A stretch of DNA of 63,563 bases, filler included, from Octopus bimaculoides (lineage: Eukaryota), in NCBI RefSeq assembly GCF_001194135.2. It is 5 parts of 5 records of this genome, joined end to end, with 100 filler letters (N's around TTAATTAATTAA, not from the genome) between each part and the next. Parts side by side here need not be neighbours in the genome. Positions count along the whole stretch, not along the records: positions 28,004 to 52,758 come from NC_068999.1; 4 more parts are not named here. One strand, written 5' to 3'. Shown one piece after another: positions 34,839-49,021 of the stretch; the stretch's first letter is position 1, and each line of letters starts with the position of its first letter. The notes under the pieces were generated by a model that was given only the letters and a program-made list of their open reading frames with translations, was not told the origin of the DNA and did no database searches. The position numbers and the translations under genes were made by a program.

Positions 34839-37824
34839 NNNNNNNNNNNNNNNNNNNNNNNNNNNNNNNNNNNNNNNNNNNNNNNNNNNNNNNNNNNNNN
34901 NNNNNNNNNNNNNNNNNNNNNNNNNNNNNNNNNNNNNNNNNNNNNNNNNNNNNNNNNNNNNNNNNNNNNNNNNNNNNNNNNNNNNNNNNNNNNNNNNNNN
35001 NNNNNNNNNNNNNNNNNNNNNNNNNNNNNNNNNNNNNNNNNNNNNNNNNNNNNNNNNNNNNNNNNNNNNNNNNNNNNNNNNNNNNNNNNNNNNNNNNNNN
35101 NNNNNNNNNNNNNNNNNNNNNNNNNNNNNNNNNNNNNNNNNNNNNNNNNNNNNNNNNNNNNNNNNNNNNNNNNNNNNNNNNNNNNNNNNNNNNNNNNNNN
35201 NNNNNNNNNNNNNNNNNNNNNNNNNNNNNNNNNNNNNNNNNNNNNNNNNNNNNNNNNNNNNNNNNNNNNNNNNNNNNNNNNNNNNNNNNNNNNNNNNNNN
35301 NNNNNNNNNNNNNNNNNNNNNNNNNNNNNNNNNNNNNNNNNNNNNNNNNNNNNNNNNNNNNNNNNNNNNNNNNNNNNNNNNNNNNNNNNNNNNNNNNNNN
35401 NNNNNNNNNNNNNNNNNNNNNNNNNNNNNNNNNNNNNNNNNNNNNNNNNNNNNNNNNNNNNNNNNNNNNNNNNNNNNNNNNNNNNNNNNNNNNNNNNNNN
35501 NNNNNNNNNNNNNNNNNNNNNNNNNNNNNNNNNNNNNNNNNNNNNNNNNNNNNNNNNNNNNNNNNNNNNNNNNNNNNNNNNNNNNNNNNNNNNNNNNNNN
35601 NNNNNNNNNATATATATATATATATATATACATGTGGAGACGGAGTACACAGCTAAATCCTGAATTTATTCATACATGTTTGCTTACTAAACGTTCATTT
35701 AACATCTCTATACCAATAAGGTTTTATCTGTCTCTTACACGAGAACTGTTCGATTAGCTTCGATTCAACGTTGCACATTAATCAGGCGATTGATTTATCG
35801 CGTTAGTGTTAGAGATAGTGCAAGTAAGTTACAACACTATGCACAATGTTACGCCTGTGCATTTCACTGTATTCTATGGCAAACTGCATTTATAACCAAA
35901 GTATAAGACTACGACAATGGTATATGAATGATATAAAGAATAATTTTGCATACACATATTTAAATGCATCGGCTGTTGCTGCGTAAGCATAAGATATAAT
36001 GTTGGATTCGTCGTGTGGAGTGAGTACGTTGGTTTTAACTAACTCTATCGACATTTAAATAACAGTTATATACCAAGATTGCTCAGTTAGTTGTTAGAAA
36101 TACAAATCAGGAAGGTAATTTTGGTTCTGACTACTTCCGATGCAACAGTGTGTGGGAAGGTAACTAGATTTACCGTTCAACAACTCAAGGGACGCTTAGA
36201 TAGTGTCAAAAGGATCGATTGTTGTCTGAAATGTTTTTTCTTCTATAACTGTAAAGAAATCGTTTAGTTCTGTCGACGATCAAGTGTTGCTGTTTGGACC
36301 CTGGTGATTTGGTATGGCTAACTGAACACTGGACCTGTTTGATGTAAGTGCATACGCAGAAATAGACATATGCCAAGAGAGATGGATGGAAGGAGGGAAT
36401 GAGATATATGACAATTTATGATCTGAACACGACTCACATAAATACCTTCTATCTCTGCATGCACATGGCGGAGAGAGGGAGGAAGGGAGGAGAGAACGCG
36501 AAAAACATAAAACCAAGAGAAACATTAAAACGTCTCGTGCCAATACACATCAGTGACTGCAAATAGACCGCACTAAAACAACTGAGCCAACACGTTTCAT
36601 ACCAGCAATGAATGCTTCTATTAGGTTAGTGAATGTCTCAGTAAAGCATTGATAACAGTTTCGGGCCATTGTTATATGGGGTTTTCTAGGTTATTGATGC
36701 AAGTATACATTTGTCATTTTTGTTGTTTGAAACAATTTGAGACGAAGACCTGAATTATTATTCGTTACTCGACTTGAATGAATGTTGTTGATGTTAGAAT
36801 CTGTGTTTAAAAGGTTAAACGTGCTTGCGGTGAGTCAAATATATTTCCTCTTTCTATAATGAGAGTTTGTCCTGGAATCATCTCTTTGGCGAGAGGTGTT
36901 GCTCTAAGTTGAAGGTCCTCAAAGTGGTCAACAGTGACTCCAAGCGGTCTCTGTGGTTATCCAAAATGGTGGATCAACAACTGAAATGATTTTCATTAAA
37001 CGTGCTTAGTAGTGAACTCTCTTTGGAAGAACGCAGTAATTTAAGGCTAAATCGACGTAATTTCCAACCATATATTGATGCAATAACTAGTATTCCCCAA
37101 ATACATATTTCACGTTAAATATTCCAAGAATATCAATATAATATAGCTGACACTATATTCTTCATCAATTTTGCTAAGCATTTTCATTAAATCTATTTAA
37201 TTTTTCTTAATAAAAGTCGGTAATGATTCAAATGAACGAAAGGATTATTGCTTTTAAATGAAGAATTTCTTTATTAATTATATATTTTAATTCTAAGACA
37301 TTTACATAATGGGGGGTCGATAAATTTTCAAAGGTTCTATGAAGACGTCAATGATATAAACATTTCTCCGATATTTGCTCTAAGCGATAGATGGACTTCT
37401 ATAGTGAATACTTAATGTGGTGAGAATTACTTAAAGCTGTGTTTTAGAATGTGATATCAAATATAGAAGTAATGTTATAAATGGAACAATAGCGATATCA
37501 ATATCAAGGAATTTGAGTTGTCATTACCTAAGTTGGAAGTGTTATCGGATTAGAAATAGTTTTATAGCATAACGGTGGCTATGATTATGTTGTGAGGTGT
37601 ATTAAACCGCATTACACCCTGTTTCCATGTGTAGGGAATATTTAGGTTTTTCTTGTGCATTGGTGTACGAGATGCTTTGTTCCATGACCGTGTATGCCTT
37701 GTTCTACAACGGGTTCATTTCAACCGCGCAAAAATTTGGACATTTGTTTTGTTTTTTAGTATAGATCCTAATCGACAAATATCTTGTGAGAGAATTAGGT
37801 AGACGAACATTGTGCAGAAGCTGG

Positions 37825-38000
37825 TCATGTGTCTGTGTTTATTTCTGTTCCTGTACCTTAGCTGGTCGGCAAAAGAGACCGATATAATATGTACCAGTCT
37901 TTAAAAAATAAGTACTGGCATGGATTTGTTCGACTAAAATCCTTGAATGTGATGCTCCAGCATGGCTGCTATCTAATGATTGAAAGAAGTATAAACAAGA
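37825..38000 (+). mobile_element. SINE family A tail type 1
   Basis: cttagctggtcggcaaaagagaccgatataatatgtacc..aataagtactggcatggatttgttcgactaaaatcc..gatgctccagcatggc. Confidence 0.75.
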
Positions 38001-38756
38001 GCAAGATGACTACTCTAAGATCATCGAGACATTTGCAGAAAAAAAAACACTAACAAAACTGAGTAGAGAATCTGAGTTTGGAGTTTGCCTTCCGTCTCCG
38101 GTTTTACTTCGTGTCGCGATAGAAATTTGAGCAGCTCTTCAAGTCGTATTTATGTATGATTTAAATACATTTATAAAGAGAGAAATGGCTTCCAAATTTA
38201 TCTTTTCTAAATACAGAAGAAGGAGACTTGTGTCTGCTTTGGAGAAATATGGGAGAAAGAATATTTCTTTTTTTTTAGCAAAACGCACAGAACGTAAATA
38301 CATGTTTCTCTATACACAGCATACCATTCAGAACTGACGTACATATCAGCTGCCATTATAAGAGCTCTCATAATTAAAGTTTATAACTGCAGCATTTAAA
38401 AAACGAAAAATAAAGCTGTATTGTAATTGTGTCAGTTATTGTAGAAATGTTTTTAAATAGCTACAATTATTATTTGATAAATGCTGGCTGTTTAACTTCA
38501 AAGTTAAAGATATGAATGTAATCGACAATATATCCCTTTAGTCGAAAAAAAATCATTGTTGTTTTGTTTTGTTGTGTGGTTATCTGATGTCTTTTTTTCT
38601 TTTACATTTAAATTTCTCATTGTGAATATTTCCTTTGTATTGAAAGCTGCTCTTTAATCTCATGCTGTGTGTACCACAGAGAAGCATATTGCCATATAGT
38701 CAATCTCCTCTCACACCGTGTCTATATGCACGTCTTTTTATACCTATATACATGTG

Positions 38757-38791
<35 letters not shown>

Positions 38792-39154
38792 NNNNNNNNN
38801 NNNNNNNNNNNNNNNNNNNNNNNNNNNNNNNNNNNNNNNNNNNNNNNNNNNNNNNNNNNNNNNNNNNNNNNNNNNNNNNNNNNNNNNNNNNNNNNNNNNN
38901 NNNNNNNNNNNNNNNNNNNNNNNNNNNNNNNNNNNNNNNNNNNNNNNNNNNNNNNNNNNNNNNNNNNNNNNNNNNNNNNNNNNNNNNNNNNNNNNNNNNN
39001 NNNNNNNNNNNNNNNNNNNNNNNNNNNNNNNNNNNNNNNNNNNNNNNNNNNNNNNNNNNNNNNNNNNNNNNNNNNNNNNNNNNNNNNNNNNNNNNNNNNN
39101 NNNNNNNNNNNNNNNNNNNNNNNNNNNNNNNNNNNNNNNNNNNNNNNNNNNNNN

Positions 39155-39197
<43 letters not shown>

Positions 39198-41504
39198 CAT
39201 GCTTAAAGTGGAGGGGCCGGCAGTGTAGGGTGCATACGTGAATCTTCTGAAAAAAATATGTATTGAACTTTATGAATGTCAAAGAAATTTTGAAATATAT
39301 TTTACGATTATTTTACTAAGAGAAAGCAATTGGAGAAAAAATAGTATTTTTCTCCTTTTAAAGGATTTTTCCTAATTCTTTACGTCTTTGTTTCAATTAA
39401 TGCATTATTTGCTTCTTTCTATCTTTCTTTATTACATATTAAGATTTCCTTAAAATCATTTTTCTTCTTTCACATTACAATTCGGTAGGGTTTTTTTTCC
39501 GTTGTTTTATTACATTATGGCGTTCTTTAATTTTGTCATTGATCTTATCCCAATTTATGTATTTTCTAACGATTTATATTTTCATTATTCATACATTTTA
39601 TTAATGTTTCCTCTCTAAAACTGTACTTTTTGTATAATCTAGTTATTGTTGTATTTTTTCAAACATTCACTCTTTTTGTCCTTAGCTTCATCTTTCCATC
39701 TTATTTCGTTTCAATATCTCTTTTCGTTTCTTCATCCTTCCTTCCTCTTTCACGCTTCTGTATTTTCTTCTATTCTTCATGAATAAGTAATCTCATTTGC
39801 CTTCAAGCTCTCTCTCTCTCATTTTCGTATCCGACTTTCTTACACTTTTCACCCTCTCCATCCTTCCTACCTATCCAAAAGCCGTTATTCTCTCTTACAT
39901 ATCTCTTATTTATCAATCATGTTCTTTTATTTCTTATTCTTTCGTTCCTTCAAACAACCATATTTTTGTTTTGTTGGACTTTTTTTTTTATTTTTCCAGT
40001 CTACTTTGATATTTCCTAAATTTGTCTTATATTTTTCTTTACTTGAAGTCTTTATTCTGCTTAACTAAATATCTTCATTCTGTTGAGCTAAAAGTTTTCC
40101 CTTCATATTTGTTTGTGTTTTTGCTGTCTCTTTCTGATCCTTTGACTATTATATCCTTTATTTCAATATATCTCTTACTAGTTACCATTTTCCTTTCATT
40201 ATATCTAAAGTTTTACTACTTATTCATATATTCTTTACCATTAACATCATTCCACGAATTCTCCCACTTCTTCCATTTCTTTCTTTCCTTCTTTGTATCC
40301 ACCTTTCATTCTTTATTTCTTTACAATATTCTCTTGCACATAACACCTTACTTTAAAATATATATGTCAAGAAAAGTGTTGACATTTCCAGAACGTTTTA
40401 TTTTTATGTATTAGAAAAAAACCTTGAAGCCAGCATTGCTTTTTGGCATAAATATATATAAACACAACAAGTATAAAGGAATAACTTCAAAAAGATGGCA
40501 TTCAAAAATCTAAAGTTGACATCACATACGATGAACTTCAGAACAAGCAGGAAAGAAATAATGACAACCATTCCAAGAAAACAGAATAACAACAACAAAG
40601 ATAATAATCAACACCACGATGACTACAGTAATCCAACTATAAACCTATCACTGTGAACAACAGTGATATGAAATAATATGAATACAAGCATACGAACAGG
40701 AATAGTTTCTGGATTAAATTTAGGTTCATTACTTGTGCATAATTTTACTGATCCCAGAACAATGCATGGCAGAAAGATTTGAACTAGAAATTACGAAGCC
40801 AAAAATATGTATATATAAAAAGCATCTGAGTAAACGTTTTGACGATTCTGCCAGGTTAAAAGCCACGGGAGAAATATAAAGGGTGACTAATACCAACGTG
40901 GTCAAGTGGAGCCTATCAATGTTTCACTGGGTTTGAGTTCATCGACTCTGGCCTTACCACGAATCAATGTTCTATGTTGAATATTCCATCAATTCTTTTA
41001 TGGTTAATAAAGTGATGAACAACTTAAAGGCTGAGGCAAGATTTAATCTATTTCATGCAAGCCGGATTAGGCTATACAGATTTAAATTTCAGCAGTGTAG
41101 ATATGTCTGTTCAGTGCTCTGTTACGTTGTTACAGCTTAAAATACTACTGTACTTTACCTTTTGTATGGAGTAGTCTTTTTCCAGATCGTTACCCAACAA
41201 TGGCTGTATATATAATTATGTGCTTGTGTCTATCTATCCACTTATCTATCACTCACACTCATACGCACACGCACGCACACATCCACATCCACATGTGTTT
41301 GCATAAGTTTAGAGAGGTAAAACTACTAAACATTATTATAGCAGATAACACAAGAATAAATAAATAGGCAGGTTGCAAAATTGATTTATCCTCATTCCTC
41401 TGTATTTATGTGTCCTTGTTTTTTTTTGTGCACATGTTTTTATGTCTGTGAATGTTTTGTGTGTAATACTGTATTTTGCAGTGTGTGACCAGGCGTGTAT
41501 ACAT

Positions 41505-41566
<62 letters not shown>

Positions 41567-42329
41567 TGGAGGATTCTATAAGTTCTTTTTCTTTTTAATG
41601 CTTCATTAGACTTGTTGACAGAGACAGGCAATAATGTGAACTAATCAAGCATAGCTTGAAGGTGAATATAATATTAAACCTATTTAACATATCTCAGCAT
41701 TTCCTTGTAATTTTGTCCCAATAAACATGGTGGATCGAATGATACACTGAGTCATCAGCTAACTATCGAATTTTGGCGCCAAACTATCGTCTGCGTTTTA
41801 AGGTCATTGATTGTGCTCGCGATTTACACAAGATGGAAGAAATGTTGGGTCTAGCGAATTTTTCTTGTTTACAGTTTGTTTATTTTATTGTATTTTTCAT
41901 GGTTAGTAGTTTTAGTATGCTTTCCTTGTTGATCTAAACAAGTTTATTGAAGTATTATATACTAAAAATTGATTTCAGACAAATTTAAAACACTACAAAA
42001 TATGAGTGTATCATCTCATAGTGTGATATAGTGTAACAGTTTGTTCAGTATAGTTATAAATACTCTTACATAATTGTATGTTTTTTAACACTGTGCAGTA
42101 CATAGTAGTAATTCTTTAATGGAGTACATGTGTGGCAGAATTAACATGTTTGTGTTACAGTATGGTTGCTTCGTGCTCGATCCCACTCTGTAGCACCATG
42201 AACCTTGATGTCGGAACGGCCAAAATATTTTATACGAAATTTGGAACACAAAAACGGTTTGAAAGTCATTCGGAAGTTTCATCCCTGTTTTTCAGTAACA
42301 GGCATGAAGCTCCACCTTGTTTAACACTA

Positions 42330-42850
42330 CACTGGATATCTTTGGATGAGTTAATCAGAGGCCACTCTGATACGAGCATTTACAAGGTTTTTTTTCATTT
42401 GAGTATACATTCGACCCCTCCTTTTAGTAGTCCAGACATTCTGAAAAAGTGTTTTTGGCTTTCATCAATCCAACAATCAATAAAATGAAGTACCACAGAG
42501 TATCTCGTATCGATTTAATTGGGTATACCTCTTCGACATAATATGATGGTTTGTGTAATTCCTGGAAATCAATCGTCTCGCAGATGGTGAATTAGCAGAA
42601 CCGGTAACATGGTTCATGAAATACGATGCGGTATTAAATTCTTTTCTAAGACAAACTCTGAGTTCATGTGCCACGGTGATCGATTGTGCCTCTAATATTT
42701 CCGCTCCGTCGATAGAATAACTAATGAAATACAACAGAACCTCCGTCGTTCAACTCTTCTGGCCTTTAGGTGTCAATTTCCAAAATCCATAGAATATCGA
42801 TGCAATGGATCGCAAGATTCACAGATCAACTCCCTTGGAAGTCAGCTTCA
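42330..42850 (-). mobile_element. Old CR1-like LINE RT C-terminal remnant
   Basis: YSIDGAEI..HVTGSANS..RRLISRN..HIMSKRYTQLNRYEILC resembles the Y.I.G..L / V..AN..L..I.R.F / LY..LVRP.LEYC pattern. Confidence 0.4.
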
Positions 42851-43282
42851 CCTTTTCTCTTTCTCTGATCAATAATCGAAAGAATGAGTCACCTGAACGA
42901 GGTTTATATTAAATCGATTTAACGCCTCATCACAAAACATTGAATATGGATGGCCTTTTGCCTATTGTTAAGAACTATTTGTTACTGTTTTTATTCACAA
43001 TTAATGTTCTTTTTATATACAGTACATATATAGAGATACACTTCAATAATACTTGTTGCTATGCCTAAACGACACACTTATTCATACACATATATCGTTT
43101 ATCAGTAACATTACTCGCTTGATTAAACAGAACGTGTTAGTGAGACGACCGCTGTATCTCTCCCAACATATATATATATATATATATATACGCGTGCACA
43201 CACACACACACACACACGCATCTCCGCCTATTTCTCTCTGTCACACACGTTCGCTCGCTCTCTCGCTCTCTCTCACACTTAC

Positions 43283-43385
43283 CACCTCTTTTTCTCTCCT
43301 TCTCTTGCTACAAACAAATGCACGGATATGTGGATCGATATCTATAACACTCGAATTAACAGATAAGGCGTCTGAATGACTGTAA
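43283..43385 (-). promoter_or_regulatory. Possible non-coding first exon or TSS of a minus-strand gene
   Basis: Inr-like TCATTC at 43379-43374, about 95 nt of unique sequence, then GTG|GTAAGT donor at 43283/43282 followed by a GA/GC-repeat tract. Confidence 0.2.
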
Positions 43386-44607
43386 GATCACATCACACTG
43401 GAACCCGCTTCCTCTTTAACAGTTAATCAATAATTTTAGAAACTAATTCTTACTCGATTTGATTTGTTTTCCTTTGTATTACTCTTTTAGGAGTCTCCTC
43501 AGGATTGAGTATAAACTGTAACGTCAGATTCGCTGATGCACTAAAATTTCTTGTTATATATATATATATACACACATACAAACATGTGTGTGTTGAGTGC
43601 TAAAGTTTAAAACCATAAAACCAATAAACATTAGCCAGATGAAAGACTAAATGTAAAAGTAGAATTTGATAATTTTAATAATTTATTGCGAGTGATTTCG
43701 AAGTTTTGAAATGAGCATAGCATGAGTGCTCTATTCACCTGGCCATACTTTGTAGTAACCAACAAAATGTCATTAAATGCATGTATGCACGCTTATATTT
43801 ATATGTATATATATACATATGTGTGTATATGATATATGCATACACATGTGCGCATATAGTATATATATATATCATGTATACAGATGTGTGTGTGTGCGTA
43901 TGTGTGCGTGTGCATAGAAAGTGTTGACTGTACATAAACTAGTTATATATACTTTACAAAAATGTATTGGTTAATCTTCAGTTTAATGTTAAATTGTTTT
44001 TTTATATAGAACATATATATATAAGCACGAATATAGCAACGTATACACACACACACACCACATATAACACATAATATGTATAAACAAAATATATTTCGTG
44101 TGTATAAAAATCATGATGACAGTTAAAACACTCGTTTACAATTTCCATTAATTTATCTTTATTTTTTTTTCCTTCTCTACGCAATTTCAGCAAAATATCG
44201 TTGCATAAAATCCGACTGATCATAGAGATACTTTTAGTGCTGCAGTGAATACCTTCTGCTATTCAATAGTCTTTTTGCATTCTATATGCAAACACTGGTG
44301 AGGTCGTAATCTCCTCCTCATAATTCACTAATCAATAATGTATTTCTGACAGAAATGTTGACATTTCCTCACTTCATCAGGACATCATATCAGAAACAGA
44401 TATCAGAAATCGGTATTAGGTACATACAAATATTATCGTTTTGAACAAATAATCTACAGGCAGCCTCCACACATGCGCAGCACATCACTGGGGTAATTAA
44501 TATAAGCCCTTTGATTACATTTCGGGTAAGACCATCCGTTTGTACTGTTATGAATTTTTAATCAGCCATGCGATTATCTTGGTAAATCTTTCTGTATACA
44601 TCTTTTG

Positions 44608-44970
44608 CCTTTTACTTGTTTTTGTCATTAAAACCGCGGCCATGCTGGGGCACCACCATGAAGAATTTTTAGTCGAAGGAATCGACATCTGTACTTCTGT
44701 TTTTTTAAGCCTGGAACTCATACTTTCAGTTCTGTTTGCTGAATCGGTAAGTTACGGACACGTAAATACACGAATGTCAGCTGTCATGCAGGAAGGGAAG
44801 ACTAATACGCACACACATATACGATGGGCTTCTTTCAGTTTCCGTTTTCCACATCTACTCACAATCCCTTGGTTGCCCCAAAGTAACAGCAGAAGACACT
44901 TGCCGAAAGCCCCACGCAGTGGGATTCAACCCGGAACCGTGTGGTGCGGAAGCCAGCTTCTTAACACACA
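44608..44970 (-). mobile_element. SINE family A, full length, tail type 1
   Basis: Head (aagaagctggcttccgcaccacacggttccgggttgaatcccactgcgtgggg), core (tcggcaagtgtcttctgctg..ggaaactgaaagaagcccatcg) and tail. Confidence 0.85.
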
Positions 44971-45096
44971 TTTGTGTGTATGTGTGTGGTTTGTTTTTAT
45001 TTGACATACACACAAATTATTTCATACGTTTTGTAGAATTAGAATTTCAGAAGTGTTGTGACTGAGGGACTTCGCGATTTCGCTCTGCTCCAGTCT

Positions 45097-45135
45097 GACA
45101 TTTTGACGAAGGTGTGCAACCGAAACTTCAAAGTT
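45097..45135 (+). ncRNA. Decayed minimal hammerhead-like motif
   Basis: t-TGACGA-a-GGT(gtgca)ACC-GAAA-cttc-aaagt. Stem II is perfect; C3 and stem III are mutated. Confidence 0.3.
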
Positions 45136-46509
45136 ACTGTAGCACTTCTTGTAAAAGTGTAGGTATGTATACACCAATATCTTGGAGGATAATGTTAGGA
45201 ATAGGATTCAACTTTTCAGCTTTCTGCGGCCACCAGACTTTAATTTACTATGCTTCTTAGTAGCTTCCCAAAGTTTTTGGCAGATTGTTCCTATATTAAA
45301 AGAGACGAGTTTCTCTTGAGTTAGCATTACTTCTTTTTCTTATCCTATTCCTTCGTCCATCATAAGAGTAGGTTAATATCCCAACAGGACCGCAACTAAC
45401 CAGCAATAAACTGACCAAGCTATGAATATGTTGGAAATTATTTAAAAATAGGGACAGCGATGTAAGTATAAGAATTGTGAGAGGAGGGAATGAGAGAAAG
45501 AGAGAGATTGTCGATAAGTAACATCAAGAAAACACCCATAAAAGTATGTGAAGGCACAGGAAATGCCTCGGTGAATAGTGAAAGGCTGAGGTACAGCTGC
45601 CAAAAGAGGACTAACAGTGTTAGTAAATGATAAACATTTGGTCTTTTAACGAGGAATTGTCCTAAAAACTAACATGACTACTATGGGATGTAGAATAATA
45701 AATTTATATATAAACACAGTTGTTTCAAATTTCTCAGGCTGAGAAATAGTCGAGTGAGGGGATCCGTCGAAAGGTAAACTTTTAGATCAGAAACAGCAGA
45801 ACAACGTTCTTTGAGGCAATTGTAGACAATGTTAAGGTGAATGTAGATGGGTTGAAATTTAGTTGGCAAAACAGGAACCGTCCTTCGTAGAAAGTTGCTT
45901 TTGAACTAGAATGGTATTGAAAGAGCATCAGTAAAGAACCAGTCAGAATCCGGCTACAGTTTCTATAAATGGAGGAATAAAGCAAAAGCATTTAAGACCG
46001 AAAAGAGTTACATATTCCTTGAGTGAACCCGAACCAAGTATTTACGTGTTGCCAAACAGTCGATTTACGAGAGCAAAACAAATTGCGTCTGTCACATACG
46101 TAAATGTATCTACATTGTTGCCTTATAGTTTAATTTTCGAACTCTGCTACTTTTCTATGGCAACTGAAAAGAGCAAGACCTTTTAACCTATATCTATCAA
46201 TAAAGTTCATACGTTTTATGAAATTATGTCCTACAAAGTAAAATGACTAACCTCGGGTTGGCGATAAATTACCCCAGGAATTGAATAATGCATTGAATTA
46301 CTAGCGTGAAGTTGTAATAATAAATATTAATGTTCTGTACGAATATTTTGTACGTATTTAGTTCCTAAAAAATATAATTATGCATGGTATTTTATATGTA
46401 TTTATATATATATGTGTGATTGTATACGTGTATATACATAAATATATATACATATAATGAAGTACTTTATATATATATATATATATATATGCATATGAAG
46501 TACTTTGGA

Positions 46510-46561
<52 letters not shown>

Positions 46562-46630
46562 CTATTTTGTGTACGTATATATATACACAAACACACTCAC
46601 TCACACATGGTATTCTGTGTGTGTGTGTAT

Positions 46631-46677
<47 letters not shown>

Positions 46678-47417
46678 ATAATATTGTGTATGTCCTATTG
46701 TTATTGGACAAAAACTTGACGCAGTGACCGTAAAAAGTAAACACCTAATTTACCTCGTACTTATTCGCTCCCGGTTACTCGTCGCTCAGTGGCACGAAGA
46801 AGAAAACTTAGCAGGAGTGTCGCTCATGAAAAATGGTTGCTTTCAATGTATTGTAAACTTCATGTTTTATGAGAAAGACGAAAACGTTCATTCCCAAGAG
46901 AACTTCAATTCATTAGAAAATATCCGAGAAATGACCTACAATAGAATTTAGAACAGTGTTCTAAGTGGACAGGCAGGAATTTGCACAATCTTTCAGCGCT
47001 GCAGTACAGTAAAATATAATTTACATAATTACTAATACCTGAAATATCTGAAAAAAATTATTTATTTTCAGTCATCGTTTTTGTTGTGGAAATTTCTTTT
47101 TGTTTTCGTTAGTTTTCCTCAGATAACGTCTTATTTTGTTTTCAGTGTACTAATTTCTTGGCAATAGTAGTTAGCTGTCTATAGTTTCTTCATCCGATCT
47201 ATTTCATTCGTATCTTTTCAAAGGTCTAATTGATAAAATTTGTGATATTTGCATCTAACGAAAGAGTTGAAAGATGAAAAAAATAAACTTTAAATTGGCA
47301 ATTTGAAACAAAATCGAAATTGAATTTAAGGAAATAAACGGAATTTTTTTTATTAAAAGAAAATGGAATACGAATTATATTTTTTTACGTTTAACACTTG
47401 AAGTACAAATATTAACT

Positions 47418-47720
47418 GAGGTCAAATTTGTACTTCATCCTTTCAAGGTCGATAAATAAATACCAGTTCCATACAAGAGTCGATGTAATGATCTTGTTCA
47501 CCCACTCAAAATTATTAGCCTTGTTCCTATAGCAAATTATTATTATTTTGAAAAATGCTAGAAAGATGACAGAATAAGTGGTGCGTCGGACAAAATACTA
47601 AGCGGTATTTCTTCCGGTTCTTTACATAAATTGGTCAAAAATCCACCAAGGGTGACTTAGTCTTTCATCCTTTCGGAGTTGACAAAATAAGTGCCAAGTG
47701 AGCACTGAGGTCAATGTCCT
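47418..47720 (+). mobile_element. Two tandem degenerate SINE family B copies joined by an ATT tract
   Basis: gaggtcaaatttgtacttcatcctttcaaggtcgataaa..attattatt, then cggacaaaatactaagcggtatttc..tctttcatcctttcggagttgacaaaataagtgcc. Confidence 0.65.
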
Positions 47721-47789
47721 AAAGTTATGCTCACGGAACAATAACATCAACAAAAAGCTACTACTATTGCAATTTCTGTTAAGGACTAT

Positions 47790-48150
47790 GAGAGACCTTC
47801 TAGGTGGTCGACTGATTTGCTTGAAATAGCAATCAAATTTCCACTATCTCAAGACCCGTTGTTTGAAATGGCACTTATCATAAGGAAACAATGAGATGGT
47901 CACGGTTGGTATGACTTTGTTCGGGGTTTCGCCTGAACAGCAAAACAACTAATATGGGATCTTCTATGTGACCATTCGAATTACTGAAAATAGCAACCAA
48001 ATCTCCAAACAGCATATTTTAAAGATACGTTGTTTCAAAAAATAGTCTGAAAAAAAATTGTCTGAAATTCTTTAAGCAAAGTAAAATGATGGTGAAGGCA
48101 GGTATCCTTTTGATCATAACTCCAGTCAATCAAGTTTGACCTACAACTAA
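47790..48150 (+). repeat. Two tandem diverged copies of repeat family E
   Basis: ggtggtcgactgatttgcttgaaatagcaatcaaattt..gatggtcacggttggtatgactttg and tatgtgaccattcgaattactgaaaatagcaaccaaatctcc..gatggtgaaggcaggtatccttttgatcata. Confidence 0.5.
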
Positions 48151-48393
48151 ACGACCGCAACACCAAGTACAACAAAAGCAACCATCAATATAAACAACTT
48201 CAAACGTGTTACCAAAAACTCGAAACATTCAACTTAACCAAGTTAACCAATAAATGTGAAATATCGATTTATACACAGATCAAATTTTCAAAAAAGTTGC
48301 ATTTTTCGCTTCGTAATTGTTTTGTGTTGATTTATTAGTTTTCTCTCCTTTTTTTTTTTTATTTTACTTGATAATGTTTTGATATTTATTTTG

Positions 48394-48655
48394 CATGGCT
48401 GCGTGGTTTAGAAGCTAGCTTTGCAATCCACCTGGACCCACTGCGCAATAGCTTGGACGAGTGTTTTCTAGTGCAGCTCTCGTTCGAACTCGATAGAAGT
48501 AAACTACTTGGATGCCTGTCGTGTATATAGATATGCATTTGTGTGTCCTACCATATCAAATGTGGTGTTGGGTTGTTTACGTCCATGAGTCATTACAGTT
48601 CAGTAAAAGAGACAAAATAATTACCAGATTTAATAAGTACTGGGGTCGACTAACC
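48394..48655 (+). mobile_element. Degenerate SINE family A, tail type 1
   Basis: catggctgcgtggtttagaagctagc..cccactgcgcaatagcttggacgagtgt..tgtttacgtcc..aataagtactggggtcgac. Confidence 0.55.
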
Positions 48656-49021
48656 ACCTCTCACACACTTCACTAAAATTGATGACTTTATGGAAAAATG
48701 TTGAAACGGTTATATTTCAATTTATTTTTTATTTTTATTTCATCACATTTTATTTTATTTTATAATACTTCATTATATTTTGCCTTGTAATTAATTTAAT
48801 TATATTATAGCTTATTTTATTTCAAATTAGTACATGTTATTTTATTTTATATTTAAATTTTAAATTGTTTTATATTTCAATCATTTAGTTCGTATTTCAT
48901 ACCCTTAATTTTTATTTTATTTTATTTATTTTATTTTATTCTGAAATATAGTCTTCGCTCAATGCAGTTTTGCTTTTTCAATTAATTCTATTTTAATCAT
49001 CATCAGCATCATCTTTATTTT

